This document shows, piece by piece, positions 16,276 to 25,341 of a stretch of DNA of 64,000 nt (position 1 is its first letter; each line of letters begins with the position of its first letter). The translations under genes were made by a program, and so were the position numbers. The stretch is from Vicinamibacterales bacterium. Lineage in GTDB: Bacteria > Acidobacteriota > Vicinamibacteria > Vicinamibacterales > UBA8438. Under the pieces are notes generated by a model that saw nothing but the letters and a program-made list of their open reading frames with translations, had not been told where the DNA came from and made no database searches. The stretch covers positions 5,803,996 through 5,867,995 of the forward strand of contig OZ242003.1 of assembly GCA_965204675.1 (NCBI GenBank), read 5' to 3'.

Positions 16276-19200
16276 TCACCCGTCGCGCCGGAATCCCGGA
16301 GGTGGCGCCTTAAACCGCGTGGCCGCCAAGCTCTCGCCACCCCAGTGCCCCGCCGCCTGCGCGACCGCTCTGGCCACACCCCCCCTCTGGGCCTCCAGCA
16401 GTTCCCTGACTGGCAACCGGACGTCCGCTGTCAATACCAATCCTCTTCCCCGCAGCCTCGCCAACTCGCGCCCATGGGTACGCCGCGGCGTCCACAAAAA
16501 CGACCCACCGTACCGTCCGTGATTAACTGACGCGACGTTCACATAGTTCTCGTACGCTCGCACCCAGGTTAGCGAATCGAATAGCTCCACGTCCTTGTTG
16601 AACGCCACCATCAGCAGGTGTAGCAACTCGCCTCGTAGCGCCCTCCACGGCGCCGCGTCAATCAGATCCGCGCAGATCGCCACGCTGAAGTCCCCCCACC
16701 TCGGGTGCACGAATCGATACCAGCGTCGGCCCCGCAGCATGCGCCACCGCGTCTGCGACGCCCCCGCCGACAGCGCCAGCGCCAAACCGTCCTCCATGTG
16801 CGCCGCCACCGGCTTTTGAATGCGAAACCAGCGCACAGTCGGCGGACCACGGTCCTCTCCAACCGGCACAATCAACTCCACCTCGTTCACGAAAAACCTC
16901 CGCCTCGCAGTGAATATCCTCGGGGGGCGGAACGCAGGCCTCAACGCCCGCCAGTAAAGCCCCGCAACCGCCGCTTTGCCTTCACTCCGAACCAAATCCC
17001 GGAGGCTCCCCACCTCCTGTTGCGGAATTGCCAGTTCCGGAAGCACCACCACACCCGGACCCGAATCCCCAACGCCCTGCGTCGGCGCAAGAAAGGCGTT
17101 GCATACCTCCTCTATCATTTCGTTCGCCGTAGTAGTCAAAACCCGCGGAAACTGATCCACAACCTCCCGCCTAGCCGGCCACGCCGCCACCTGCCCGACC
17201 CGCACCACCAGCTCATTAGCAATTCCAGCACCGCCAACCCCCAATTCTGGCGGCAGCTCGGGCCCGCCCAAATCACCCGGTGGCCGAATCGTCCTCACAA
17301 TTTCCCAATCTCGACCCACAGGCAAACCGACATCAATGCGCTCGGGCCGGAAGTCCTCAGTCGAAATAACGTCGCGCGACCACCCGGCCAGCGACTCCAC
17401 CAGCCGCCTTCCCCATTCGGTCACATCCGACTCTGGCGCCGCGCTCCAGCGCAGCGCCTCTTCAATCGCCTCCCATGCGTCAACAGGCAAGTGTATCCGC
17501 GCCCGCCATGACCACCGATCTGCGAATGGCGTACCCCTGACACCCGTCCGGGCCAAACCGTCTAGAATCCGCTCACCACCATCCAGTACCGTCAGCAGGA
17601 GAAGAACATCGCAGTACAGCACGTAGCTATCCACGTGCACTGCGCGCCCACTCGCGGAGGCAAACGGTAGATAAAACGCCTCATGCGGCAGCACTTCCCA
17701 TGCCATCGCCCTTTCTATCTGTAGCGGGTGCTCGGCATGTGCCGTTTCCTCCTCTGGAAAAAACTGATCGCGGCGACCGGCCGCCAGGGCCCCTTCCGTA
17801 CCATCGATTAACCAGTTCAGCGGCCCCTGACTTGGGACCCACCCCCCGGGCATATCCGCCGCCCGGACGACCCTGAACAACGCAGCCCCTACACGGCTCG
17901 GCAAACCAACAGCCGGCATCTCCCACGGGGCCATCGGCCAGTCGTTCAGCGCGGTCCCCACCGGCGTGCCCCACAAGAGCCTGTGTACCGTCACTACACC
18001 CGCCGGCCTCGGGTCGTGGCCCACGATGAGACGTCGCGCGCGCGCGTAGTCGCGCAGGAGAAACGCATCCCGCCCAAGCGCCGGGTCTGTATCCCCGCCT
18101 ATCGGAGGAAGCGCGCGACGTGCGAGCGCCGGCCCCACCCATCCGAAGCAGCCGAGGGCCAACCCGGCCGCCACCGCGCCCCGGGCATCGCTTTCGGCTC
18201 GCGCTATACGTGGCCGGCCTGACGTCGGGAACAGCACACCGCCCAACTCTTGATTCCAATGACCCAGTTGCACGTTCGCCAGCGCCCAATAGTCCAGCCT
18301 TCTATTGCGCCTCGATCCCGTTCGACGCAACCTTCCGAATCTGGCCAGGATCTGCGTCGCCTTCGGCATACCCTCAAGTAGCGCGGTCGCCGGTACCATG
18401 AGTATCGCCTCGGGGCCGGCAGTGCGCCGCCATGCATCCGCGAGGTCGGCTGTCGAGTGCATCGCCAAGATCGCTCCGACGAACTCATCAAGTTCCCATG
18501 GCCATGCCTCCATATTCGTGCCGCTTTGCGACGGATACAGCACATCCACCCATTGATCGATTCGGCCCAAAGATGTCGCTACCTGCGCGTGGCCCAGGTC
18601 AGCCACGGCTCTCGTAGTCCACAGAACAGGTGGAGGTATCCAGGCATCCCGCTCCTCGTGTGCCATTCGTGCGGCATGCCTTTCCAAGTCGCGTATCGCT
18701 TGCGCCAGCGCGTGCCAAAACGCCGCTCGGAGAAACGACAGATAGAGTGCGCTCCAACGCTCAGTCCGTTCGTTGGCGTGGCCGTCATCAGCGTCCACCT
18801 CCGGCCACGCGTTCAGCCACGCCGCGGAATCTGTATGGTCAGTTACGCATGCGATCCGACGGAGCTGATTGCCCAGCCACTCTGACGCCTCTTGCGAACT
18901 GTGCTTCGCCTCGCCGAGCACGCGCCGCGCAGCAGCACGAACTACGGCCCGCCAGATCGTGAATTTCCAGGGTGTTCGGTCCAATACGAAGCTGACTGTG
19001 TCGCGAATCCGGCGCAGCTCCCGGTGCTCTTCGCCCACATCGAGGGACTTCGGCAGCCAGGCCCGAACAAGCCGGTTGACAGAAAACGCGCGACGCGTGT
19101 CGGGTCGCACTTGTTCGTCTGCGATGTCGAAGCGCGCCAGTTCGTGGAGTCGCGCCAAGTGGTCCCGTGCGCCATCGCCGAACCGCTGGCGCAGAGTGTC

Positions 19201-20661
19201 TGTCCCTATATCGCTCAGGCGTTCCACCAAGCCCGTGACGAACGGACCGACGTCTCCTCGTTGGATCGCCGTGCGCACCAACGACTCGCGATGGGACACG
19301 AACTCCTTGCGGGTCAACTTTGCCAGCCACCAGTTCAATATCGACTCAGGTGCGCGCTCGCTAGTAGGAGACGGCGGCAACGGCTGTTTGCATGTCTGGT
19401 CCACGCACTCGATCCAACCGTTCTCCACGAGGTAGATGCGAATCACTTCCTGCACCGCATCCGGCCTGATTTTCTTGAAGTTTATGCAGATATTGGAACC
19501 CCTGTTGGGAGTCGCAAGCGAAGCCACCTCGGCTCCCGACAGTGCTCCGTGAACGGTCTCGACGAGAGACCAAAGGCCATCCGGCGATCGGGACATCACG
19601 TACATGTCGTCGGCGAACCTGACGATCGCTCCACGTTTGTCCTCTGTGTTTCGTTCCAGGTAGTTCTGGATTATTCGATCCGGTTCCAAGAAGACGACAT
19701 TAAGCAATATCCCGGAGATAGCGAGCCCGGTAGGTATCCCATCGTGCGCGGATACCTGTGGGAGTGGGTGGCCCCGTGGCGGTCCCCAAGACTGGGGCGG
19801 GATTCCAGCGGGATCCAGGGTGATCTCACCCAGGGCTGTCGTCAGCCGGCGCCCAATGTCCGCTCGAACACCGGGGAGGGCAAGCGCTTCGAGTACCGTC
19901 TGCGGGCAGCCGTCAAACAGCGAACCAACGTCTGCCGGGCGCCGCAACGCCTGTTCCATCGCCATGGCCAGCCGATTGAGCCGTACGGATGGATACGCCA
20001 GTTCGACATCCAGGGCGGCCCAGAACGCGCGCGGCGCGTCGGGTGTACCGCGCCACCAATCCTCGCGCGTCCACGGCGGCAGCTCTGACTCCTCGTAGTC
20101 CGCGGGTAGTTGTACGCGGCCGGAATCATCTGTCGCTGGGAGGGTCGCGTCCGTCATGCGGGCGACGGTCCAATGCGCCACGCGCCGAAATAATCCGTGG
20201 GAGCGAGCGTATGAAAGGAAGATCTTGTCCGTGAGCATCGGATATCGACGGTGCCGCCATCGTGGCGGTTCTGCCCGACGATCCCAGGCGATTGGCCGGT
20301 ACCACCGATTCCCGAATGCGAAATTGGTAACCTGCACATCGAGAATCGGTCCCAGCGCGACCATGTGCGCCATGAACGCCACTTGGTCGCGTACGGTCGG
20401 CATCACGTAGTGCCTCAGCCGGGCGCCCTTTTTCGGGTAGGGTACCTGACGCCATTGCTCCGGCGACCAGGTCGCGGCCCGGAGCTCCTCTGCGAGGTCG
20501 CGAAGCATCCCTTCAGGGTACAGCCGCCAGCGGGATAGTTCCGGCTGCGGCGCCAAGTCGCCCTTTCGGTACCAGGAATCCACCCGCATCCAGGCACCCT
20601 GCAGGATCACCGGATTGGCGAGCACATCCGCCGCCTGCCGTGAATCGTGTTCGGAGTTCAT
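16276..20661 (-). CDS. Giant reverse transcriptase / helical linker / nitrilase-superfamily (C-N hydrolase) fusion protein; DRT type 1 (UG36)-like defence RT candidate
   Basis: RT motifs: 'PYPKKGARLRHYVMPTVRDQVA', 'ALDVELAYPSV', 'GIPTGLAISGILLNVVF', 'RFADDMYVMS' (FADD at 19606-19617). Nitrilase E-K-C candidates: 'VVLPELAIP', 'FRIQKPV', 'VAICADL' (Cys codon at 16672-16674). The maximal ORF starts at a TTG (20724). ATG at 20661 has AGAGG 11 nt upstream. Confidence 0.85.
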   Translation of the reverse strand: MNSEHDSRQAADVLANPVILQGAWMRVDSWYRKGDLAPQPELSRWRLYPEGMLRDLAEELRAATWSPEQWRQVPYPKKGARLRHYVMPTVRDQVAFMAHMVALGPILDVQVTNFAFGNRWYRPIAWDRRAEPPRWRHRRYPMLTDKIFLSYARSHGLFRRVAHWTVARMTDATLPATDDSGRVQLPADYEESELPPWTREDWWRGTPDAPRAFWAALDVELAYPSVRLNRLAMAMEQALRRPADVGSLFDGCPQTVLEALALPGVRADIGRRLTTALGEITLDPAGIPPQSWGPPRGHPLPQVSAHDGIPTGLAISGILLNVVFLEPDRIIQNYLERNTEDKRGAIVRFADDMYVMSRSPDGLWSLVETVHGALSGAEVASLATPNRGSNICINFKKIRPDAVQEVIRIYLVENGWIECVDQTCKQPLPPSPTSERAPESILNWWLAKLTRKEFVSHRESLVRTAIQRGDVGPFVTGLVERLSDIGTDTLRQRFGDGARDHLARLHELARFDIADEQVRPDTRRAFSVNRLVRAWLPKSLDVGEEHRELRRIRDTVSFVLDRTPWKFTIWRAVVRAAARRVLGEAKHSSQEASEWLGNQLRRIACVTDHTDSAAWLNAWPEVDADDGHANERTERWSALYLSFLRAAFWHALAQAIRDLERHAARMAHEERDAWIPPPVLWTTRAVADLGHAQVATSLGRIDQWVDVLYPSQSGTNMEAWPWELDEFVGAILAMHSTADLADAWRRTAGPEAILMVPATALLEGMPKATQILARFGRLRRTGSRRNRRLDYWALANVQLGHWNQELGGVLFPTSGRPRIARAESDARGAVAAGLALGCFGWVGPALARRALPPIGGDTDPALGRDAFLLRDYARARRLIVGHDPRPAGVVTVHRLLWGTPVGTALNDWPMAPWEMPAVGLPSRVGAALFRVVRAADMPGGWVPSQGPLNWLIDGTEGALAAGRRDQFFPEEETAHAEHPLQIERAMAWEVLPHEAFYLPFASASGRAVHVDSYVLYCDVLLLLTVLDGGERILDGLARTGVRGTPFADRWSWRARIHLPVDAWEAIEEALRWSAAPESDVTEWGRRLVESLAGWSRDVISTEDFRPERIDVGLPVGRDWEIVRTIRPPGDLGGPELPPELGVGGAGIANELVVRVGQVAAWPARREVVDQFPRVLTTTANEMIEEVCNAFLAPTQGVGDSGPGVVVLPELAIPQQEVGSLRDLVRSEGKAAVAGLYWRALRPAFRPPRIFTARRRFFVNEVELIVPVGEDRGPPTVRWFRIQKPVAAHMEDGLALALSAGASQTRWRMLRGRRWYRFVHPRWGDFSVAICADLIDAAPWRALRGELLHLLMVAFNKDVELFDSLTWVRAYENYVNVASVNHGRYGGSFLWTPRRTHGRELARLRGRGLVLTADVRLPVRELLEAQRGGVARAVAQAAGHWGGESLAATRFKAPPPGFRRDG

Positions 20662-20782
20662 GTATCGGTCGACCTCTGTCGCTCCGTCAGCACTGCCGGC
20701 GTGCGTCAACCAGCCGCCCGCCAAAGTGGGTCAGAACACCTCGAGATCGACAGCGGGAAGTGCGCCGAAGAGGCTCCGCGGC

Positions 20783-21560
20783 TCTAGGCAGATGGTACTC
20801 CATGGAGATGCGCAGCCCAATGGGCCATTAGCCAGCGGCGACGCTCGAAGGGGTCGACCGCGCGTACGCAGCCTCGACCTTGTCCTTGACCCGATGCGCG
20901 AGCGCGGCCTCGACGACCCCCGCGGGTGGTTCGTCTCCTCGGACGCCCAGTCCCGAACGCTCGACCGGAAGCCGTGCCGCGCGGCCTGGATGCACTGCTC
21001 TTTGAGCAGCTTCAACAAGGTCAGGTCGGAGAGAGGTTGGCGCGGGGGCTCGGGAACACGAGGTCGCTCCAGTTGCGCAACGTCGGTGCCGTCTCGAGGA
21101 GGCTCCCGGCCGGCGGCGACAGCGACAGCCGGTGCTCGCGGTTCGCCTTCATGCGCTCAGTTTGGGACGGTCTAGACATCGGCCTGGAGACCGATCTTCT
21201 CCCACCGTGCCAGTCGCACCTCGGCGGAGCGCGCCGCCGTCAGCACCGGGAACTCGAACGCCAGCTTGCCCGCAGCGGTGGCCCGCGATGCCCGCGCGGT
21301 GGCCTTGGCCGACGCGACCTCGGCATGAGGCAGGGTCCGCATGTGCCGGACGACATCTCCTTGGCGCCCCAGGGTCGCGGCGACCCGGTCGCACGGGTTG
21401 TCGGCCCGGTACTCCGTGGCCACCGCCCACTGCGTCACGGTGTCGATCCGCTGCGCACCCGGCGGGCGGTCTCCGGCTTGTCGTGCCAGATGGGGGCGAG
21501 CACGCCGAGCACGTCGGAACTGCTGACCTCCGACACTGGGCGTTCGCCGAACCGGGGGAG
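20783..21560 (-). pseudogene. Decayed P4-like tyrosine integrase: N-terminal ~120 codons missing and at least five frameshifts
   Basis: Integrase-like pieces appear in different frames. They include 'FGERPVSEVSSSDVLGVLAPIWHDKPETARRV', 'QRIDTVTQWAVATEYRADNPCD...LAFEFPVLTAARSAEVRLARWEKI', 'RMKANREHRLSLS' and 'HGFRSSVRDWASEETNHPRG'. Further pieces are 'VVEAALAHRVKDKVEAAYARS' and 'DPFERRRWLMAHWAAHL'. Confidence 0.8.
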
Positions 21561-21564
21561 CCTG

Positions 21565-22722
21565 TTAACGGGTAGGCACAGAGCCGGTCACGAACGCGGC
21601 CCATCGGTCCATCAGCCCGCGCCGCTGGTCGAACAGATCGCTGCGCGCGTAACTGCGCTCCACAGCTCCGCCGACCACGTGGGCAAGGGCCATCTCCGCC
21701 ACGTCCCTCGTCGCCCCGGACCGCTCCGCCGCCCACGTGCGGAAACTCGAGCGGAAGCCGTGAACGTCCGCATCCGTCCCCGTCGCTTTCCGCAGCGCGT
21801 AGATCAAGGTGGTGCCGTTGAGCCGCCGCCCGCCCACGCCAGGGAAGATCAGCGAGTCGGCCGCGCCGCCAGAATGCGCCTTCATGCCTTCCAGCACGCC
21901 CACAGCCGCATCCGACAACGGCACCCGATGTTCCGCCCCGGCCTTCATCCGCGACGCCGGTACGCGCCACTCCCGCGCCGCAAGGTCGACCTCGCCCCAC
22001 GTCGCCCCGCGAGCCTCGCCGGACCGTACCGCCGTCAGCGCCGTGAAGCGAATCACCGCCTTGACGGCCGGACCGGACCCGCACGCCTCGACCGCCGCCA
22101 GCGCCGCGGGAACGTCCGCGTACGGCAACGCCCGCCGATGCGCTCGGGTCTTCGGGGTCTTCGGCAATGCCGCGTCGATCACTTCGCCCGCCGCGTTCAC
22201 GTCGACGTGCCCGAGAGCTTGCGCCGCCGCGAGCACGCCCCGGACCCAACCGCGCAAGAGCTTGCCGGTCGCGGGCTTGTCGCGGTAGACCGGCCCGAGC
22301 ACCGAGAGCACGGCCGCCCGGTCGATCTGGTCGACGGGTCGCCCCATCAGACGCGCCGCGTACCGCGCCAGGGTCCGCCGCCGCGTCTCTCGGGTACTGC
22401 CGCACCACTGGCCCCCCTGATCGACCTTGGCGGACAGGTCCGCGAACGTCGGCACGGTCGACGCACGCCCGGACGGGTCGCCGCCGCGCTTCGCCGTCAG
22501 GCGGTTGTCGTGCGCCCGCTCCCGAGCCTCGGACAGCGTGACGGCCGGGTAGGTCCCGATGCTGATGTCGCGCCGCTTCCCCTGGACGTGGAGCCGTTGA
22601 ACCCACCGCTTGTTGACCCGGCCCGTCCGGCCCTTGGCCACGACCAGGTACACCGTGTCGCCCGCCTGATACCGGCCCGGCTTCAGTAGCGTCTCGGCCC
22701 GCTTGGCTGTCAGTCTTTCCAT
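21565..22722 (-). CDS. int: Site-specific tyrosine integrase (P4-like, DUF4102-type N-terminus), intact
   Basis: 'LTAKRAETLLKPGRYQAGDTVYLVV', 'LTAVRSGEARGATWGEVDL', 'HRVPLS', 'HGFRSSFRTWAAE', 'ALAHVVGGAVERSYARSDLFDQRRGLMDRW'. ATG at 22722 has GGGAGG 9 nt upstream. Confidence 0.9.
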   Translation of the reverse strand: MERLTAKRAETLLKPGRYQAGDTVYLVVAKGRTGRVNKRWVQRLHVQGKRRDISIGTYPAVTLSEARERAHDNRLTAKRGGDPSGRASTVPTFADLSAKVDQGGQWCGSTRETRRRTLARYAARLMGRPVDQIDRAAVLSVLGPVYRDKPATGKLLRGWVRGVLAAAQALGHVDVNAAGEVIDAALPKTPKTRAHRRALPYADVPAALAAVEACGSGPAVKAVIRFTALTAVRSGEARGATWGEVDLAAREWRVPASRMKAGAEHRVPLSDAAVGVLEGMKAHSGGAADSLIFPGVGGRRLNGTTLIYALRKATGTDADVHGFRSSFRTWAAERSGATRDVAEMALAHVVGGAVERSYARSDLFDQRRGLMDRWAAFVTGSVPTR

Positions 22723-22851
22723 GGAACCAGCCTCCCTTGGCCGAAATACTACACCCACGGTACGCCCACAGTCAAGACCCGGATTCGGGTGGATCGTCCC
22801 GGACCGGTCTGGACCCGGGAGAGGGTAAATTTCCCTTATTCCGCTTTGAAA

Positions 22852-22875
22852 TCCGCATGATTGGACAGATGCGGA
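22852..22875 (-). terminator. Hairpin TCCGCAT-N10-ATGCGGA downstream of the dehydrogenase gene; a TTTCAAAG tail follows on the minus strand
   Basis: Read directly. The U-tract is weak. Confidence 0.35.
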
Positions 22876-22897
22876 CCGGCCCGGACCAGGGCTAGCG

Positions 22898-25072
22898 TTA
22901 AGGCAGCGCGAACACGTAGAGCGCGTTGCCGGTCTGCGGGTGGTGGATGTCCGGCGCCAGCGCCCGCGGGGCCGCCCGCGGGCTGCCGCCGCCGAGGCCG
23001 GTCGACACCGCGACGTACTGCCGGCCGTCGACCGCGAACGAGATCGGGAAGCCCTGCACCGACGTGCCGAGCCGGGCCCGCCACAGCTCCTCGCCGGTCC
23101 GCACGTCGAACGCCCGGAACCGCCGGTCGAGGTCGCCGGCGAAGGCGATGTCCCCGGCCGTCGACAGGACGCCGGTCAGGAACGGGGCCCGCTGCTCGAC
23201 GCTCCAGACCTCCTCCAGGGTCTCGGCGTCGAACGCCGCGAGCTTGCCGAGCCGGCCCTCGGTGTCGGGCATCTCGAAGAAGGGACGCGCGCTCATCCCC
23301 ACGCCGCCCGAGCCGGGCTCGAGGGCGACCTCGCGGGCCGACAGCTCCATGCAGGTCTGGGAGAGCGGGAGGATGAGGAGCCCCGAATCGGGGTGGTAGC
23401 TCATGGGGTGCCAGTTCTTGCCGCCGGCGGTGCTGGGGCACGCCGGGACGAGCTGCTCGAACTGCGCGTCGACGATGTCCTGGCGGTAGGTGACGGCGCC
23501 GGTCTCGGGGTCGATGTGGTCGAAGACGTTCTGGAAGACGGTCTCCTTGTGGCCGAGGAACTCGCCGGTCTCGCGGTCCAGCTTCCAGAGGATGCCGTGC
23601 TTGCCGGCGCTGAAGACGACGCGACGGTCCTCCAGGTCGACGAGCACCCGCTCGAAGACCTCATCGAGATCGAGGCTCTCGCCGGGGACGTGCTGGAAGT
23701 GCCAGGCGAGGTCGCCGTCCCCCGGCCGGAGGGCGACGGTCGAGCTGGTGTAGAGCGCCGGGTCGTGCACCGTCATGCCCCGGCTGACCGCGACCCACGG
23801 CTTGGCCTGCGCGACGCCGAAGTAGACGAGGTCGAGCGCGGGGTCATAGCTCCCCGTGATCCACGTCTCGCCGCCCCCGCGCAGGTAGTCGGGCAGGTTC
23901 GCCCAGGTGTTGCCGCCGGGCTCGTCCGCGCGGGCCACGGTGTTGAACCGCCAGCGCCGCTCGCCGGTCGCGGCGTCGTAGCCGCTGATGAAGCAACCCT
24001 CGCGGGTGAACTGCCCGCAGCCGCCGAGCCCCTGCACGATCGTGCCGCCGGCGATGACCGGCCCGCTGGTGTTGCGGAAGCCCTCGGCGTCGTCGGCGAT
24101 GCGGGTCGTCCAGACCTCGGCGCCGGTGCGCGCGTCGAGCGCGAGCAGCCGTGCGTCGGCGGTGGCCAGGAAGAGCTTGTCCTCGTAGATGGCGAGATTG
24201 CGGCTCGAGCTGGCGAGCTGGCCCGCCTCGACGCCCACCTCGTGCTCCCAGATCAGGTCGCCGGTGCGGGCGTCGAGCGCCTGCACCACCGGGCCGAAGC
24301 CGGCGAAGTAGAGCACGCCGTCGTGCGCGATCGGCGAGGGCGCGTTCCTTCCGCCCTCGTTCATGGCCCACATCCACTGCAGCTCGAGCTCCCCGACGTT
24401 GTCGCGGGTGATCGCGTCGAGGGGGCTGTGGCTCCAGGCCTGGTAGTTCCGCCGTACCATCAGCCAGTCGCCCGGATCGGGATCGCGCAACATCTCGTCG
24501 GTGACCGGCGTGTAGCTCTCCACCTCGCCGGCGACCGTCACGCCGCCCGGCACGGCGGCCGCCGCGGTGCGCGTGTCGGGCCGCCGCGCCCGGCCCTGGG
24601 CCGCCGCGGTTATCGCCGGCGCGGGGGTCGTCTCGCCTGTCGCCACGTCGCCGATGGGAACGGCGGTGGCCGCCGTCAGGGCCTGGTCCCCGGCCGGCGC
24701 GCCGTTGGCCTCGAGCAGGTACGCGACGATGTCGAGATAGGTCTCGTCCCCGAGGCGGCCCGGCCGGTCGGGGGGCATCGTGGTCCGGATGCGCTCGACG
24801 AGTTCCTGAGGCGTGAGGTCTCCCCAGAAGCTCAGGAAGTTGGGGCCGGCCAGCGGCGGGGACTCGAAGTTGCCCCGCAGGTCGGTGCGGTGACAGATGG
24901 CGCAGCTCCGCGTGTAGACGGCGCGGCCGTTCTCGGCCTGACTCGCGGTGTGGATGCCGTCCCGAGCGGGCTGCCCGGCGGCGAGTGCGGCCCCGTCGAC
25001 GAGACTGACGACAACGACCAGCGCCGCCGCGGTTGCCGCCGGACGCCCGAGGAAACAGCTTGCAGAGATCAT
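22898..25072 (-). CDS. PQQ-dependent (quinoprotein) dehydrogenase beta-propeller with an N-terminal c-type cytochrome domain and a signal peptide
   Basis: Signal-like '[24 protein letters not shown]'. Haem motif 'CAICH'. Propeller signatures '[21 protein letters not shown]' and '[11 protein letters not shown]'. The start was set at the ATG at 25072. Confidence 0.8.
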   Translation of the reverse strand: MISASCFLGRPAATAAALVVVVSLVDGAALAAGQPARDGIHTASQAENGRAVYTRSCAICHRTDLRGNFESPPLAGPNFLSFWGDLTPQELVERIRTTMPPDRPGRLGDETYLDIVAYLLEANGAPAGDQALTAATAVPIGDVATGETTPAPAITAAAQGRARRPDTRTAAAAVPGGVTVAGEVESYTPVTDEMLRDPDPGDWLMVRRNYQAWSHSPLDAITRDNVGELELQWMWAMNEGGRNAPSPIAHDGVLYFAGFGPVVQALDARTGDLIWEHEVGVEAGQLASSSRNLAIYEDKLFLATADARLLALDARTGAEVWTTRIADDAEGFRNTSGPVIAGGTIVQGLGGCGQFTREGCFISGYDAATGERRWRFNTVARADEPGGNTWANLPDYLRGGGETWITGSYDPALDLVYFGVAQAKPWVAVSRGMTVHDPALYTSSTVALRPGDGDLAWHFQHVPGESLDLDEVFERVLVDLEDRRVVFSAGKHGILWKLDRETGEFLGHKETVFQNVFDHIDPETGAVTYRQDIVDAQFEQLVPACPSTAGGKNWHPMSYHPDSGLLILPLSQTCMELSAREVALEPGSGGVGMSARPFFEMPDTEGRLGKLAAFDAETLEEVWSVEQRAPFLTGVLSTAGDIAFAGDLDRRFRAFDVRTGEELWRARLGTSVQGFPISFAVDGRQYVAVSTGLGGGSPRAAPRALAPDIHHPQTGNALYVFALP

Positions 25073-25341
25073 CTCGCCACCCCCTGTTCGGTCGGAATGC
25101 CCGTAGTCTACATGCCCGACCCGACAAATCGCGGGAAAGTCTGCAAGCGCTTGATTGCGGGATCCCGCCGGTGGTAGCGTCCCTGCCACCGGAAGAGCCG
25201 GACCGACTCGGCGCAACGTGGGCGCCCGTGGCGATGGTCCCGCTGCATTCGGGCGGGGATGGCATCCCGCCACGCGGGGTCGTTACGGGTTCCGACGCGG
25301 CCGCCTCTTCGATCACGGTGGGCTTTTGGAGAACCGTCACC

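Noticed and set aside
16276-20724. Alternative readings of the RT gene as a group II intron, retron or diversity-generating retroelement.
   Set aside because: No maturase/X or endonuclease domain and no intron-like RNA ends were seen. No short RT with an adjacent msr/msd-type inverted repeats is present. No template/variable repeat pair was noticed nearby. The C-terminal nitrilase-type domain points to the UG/Abi (DRT1-like) class instead.
22723-22897. tRNA gene or att core next to the P4-like integrase. A 10-nt match GTCCAATCAT between 486-495 and the reverse complement of 22857-22866 was considered as a possible att repeat.
   Set aside because: I could not recognise a cloverleaf or T-arm consensus in the flank. 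The 10-mer is short, lies in inverted rather than direct orientation, and is part of a terminator-like hairpin. The att sites remain undefined.
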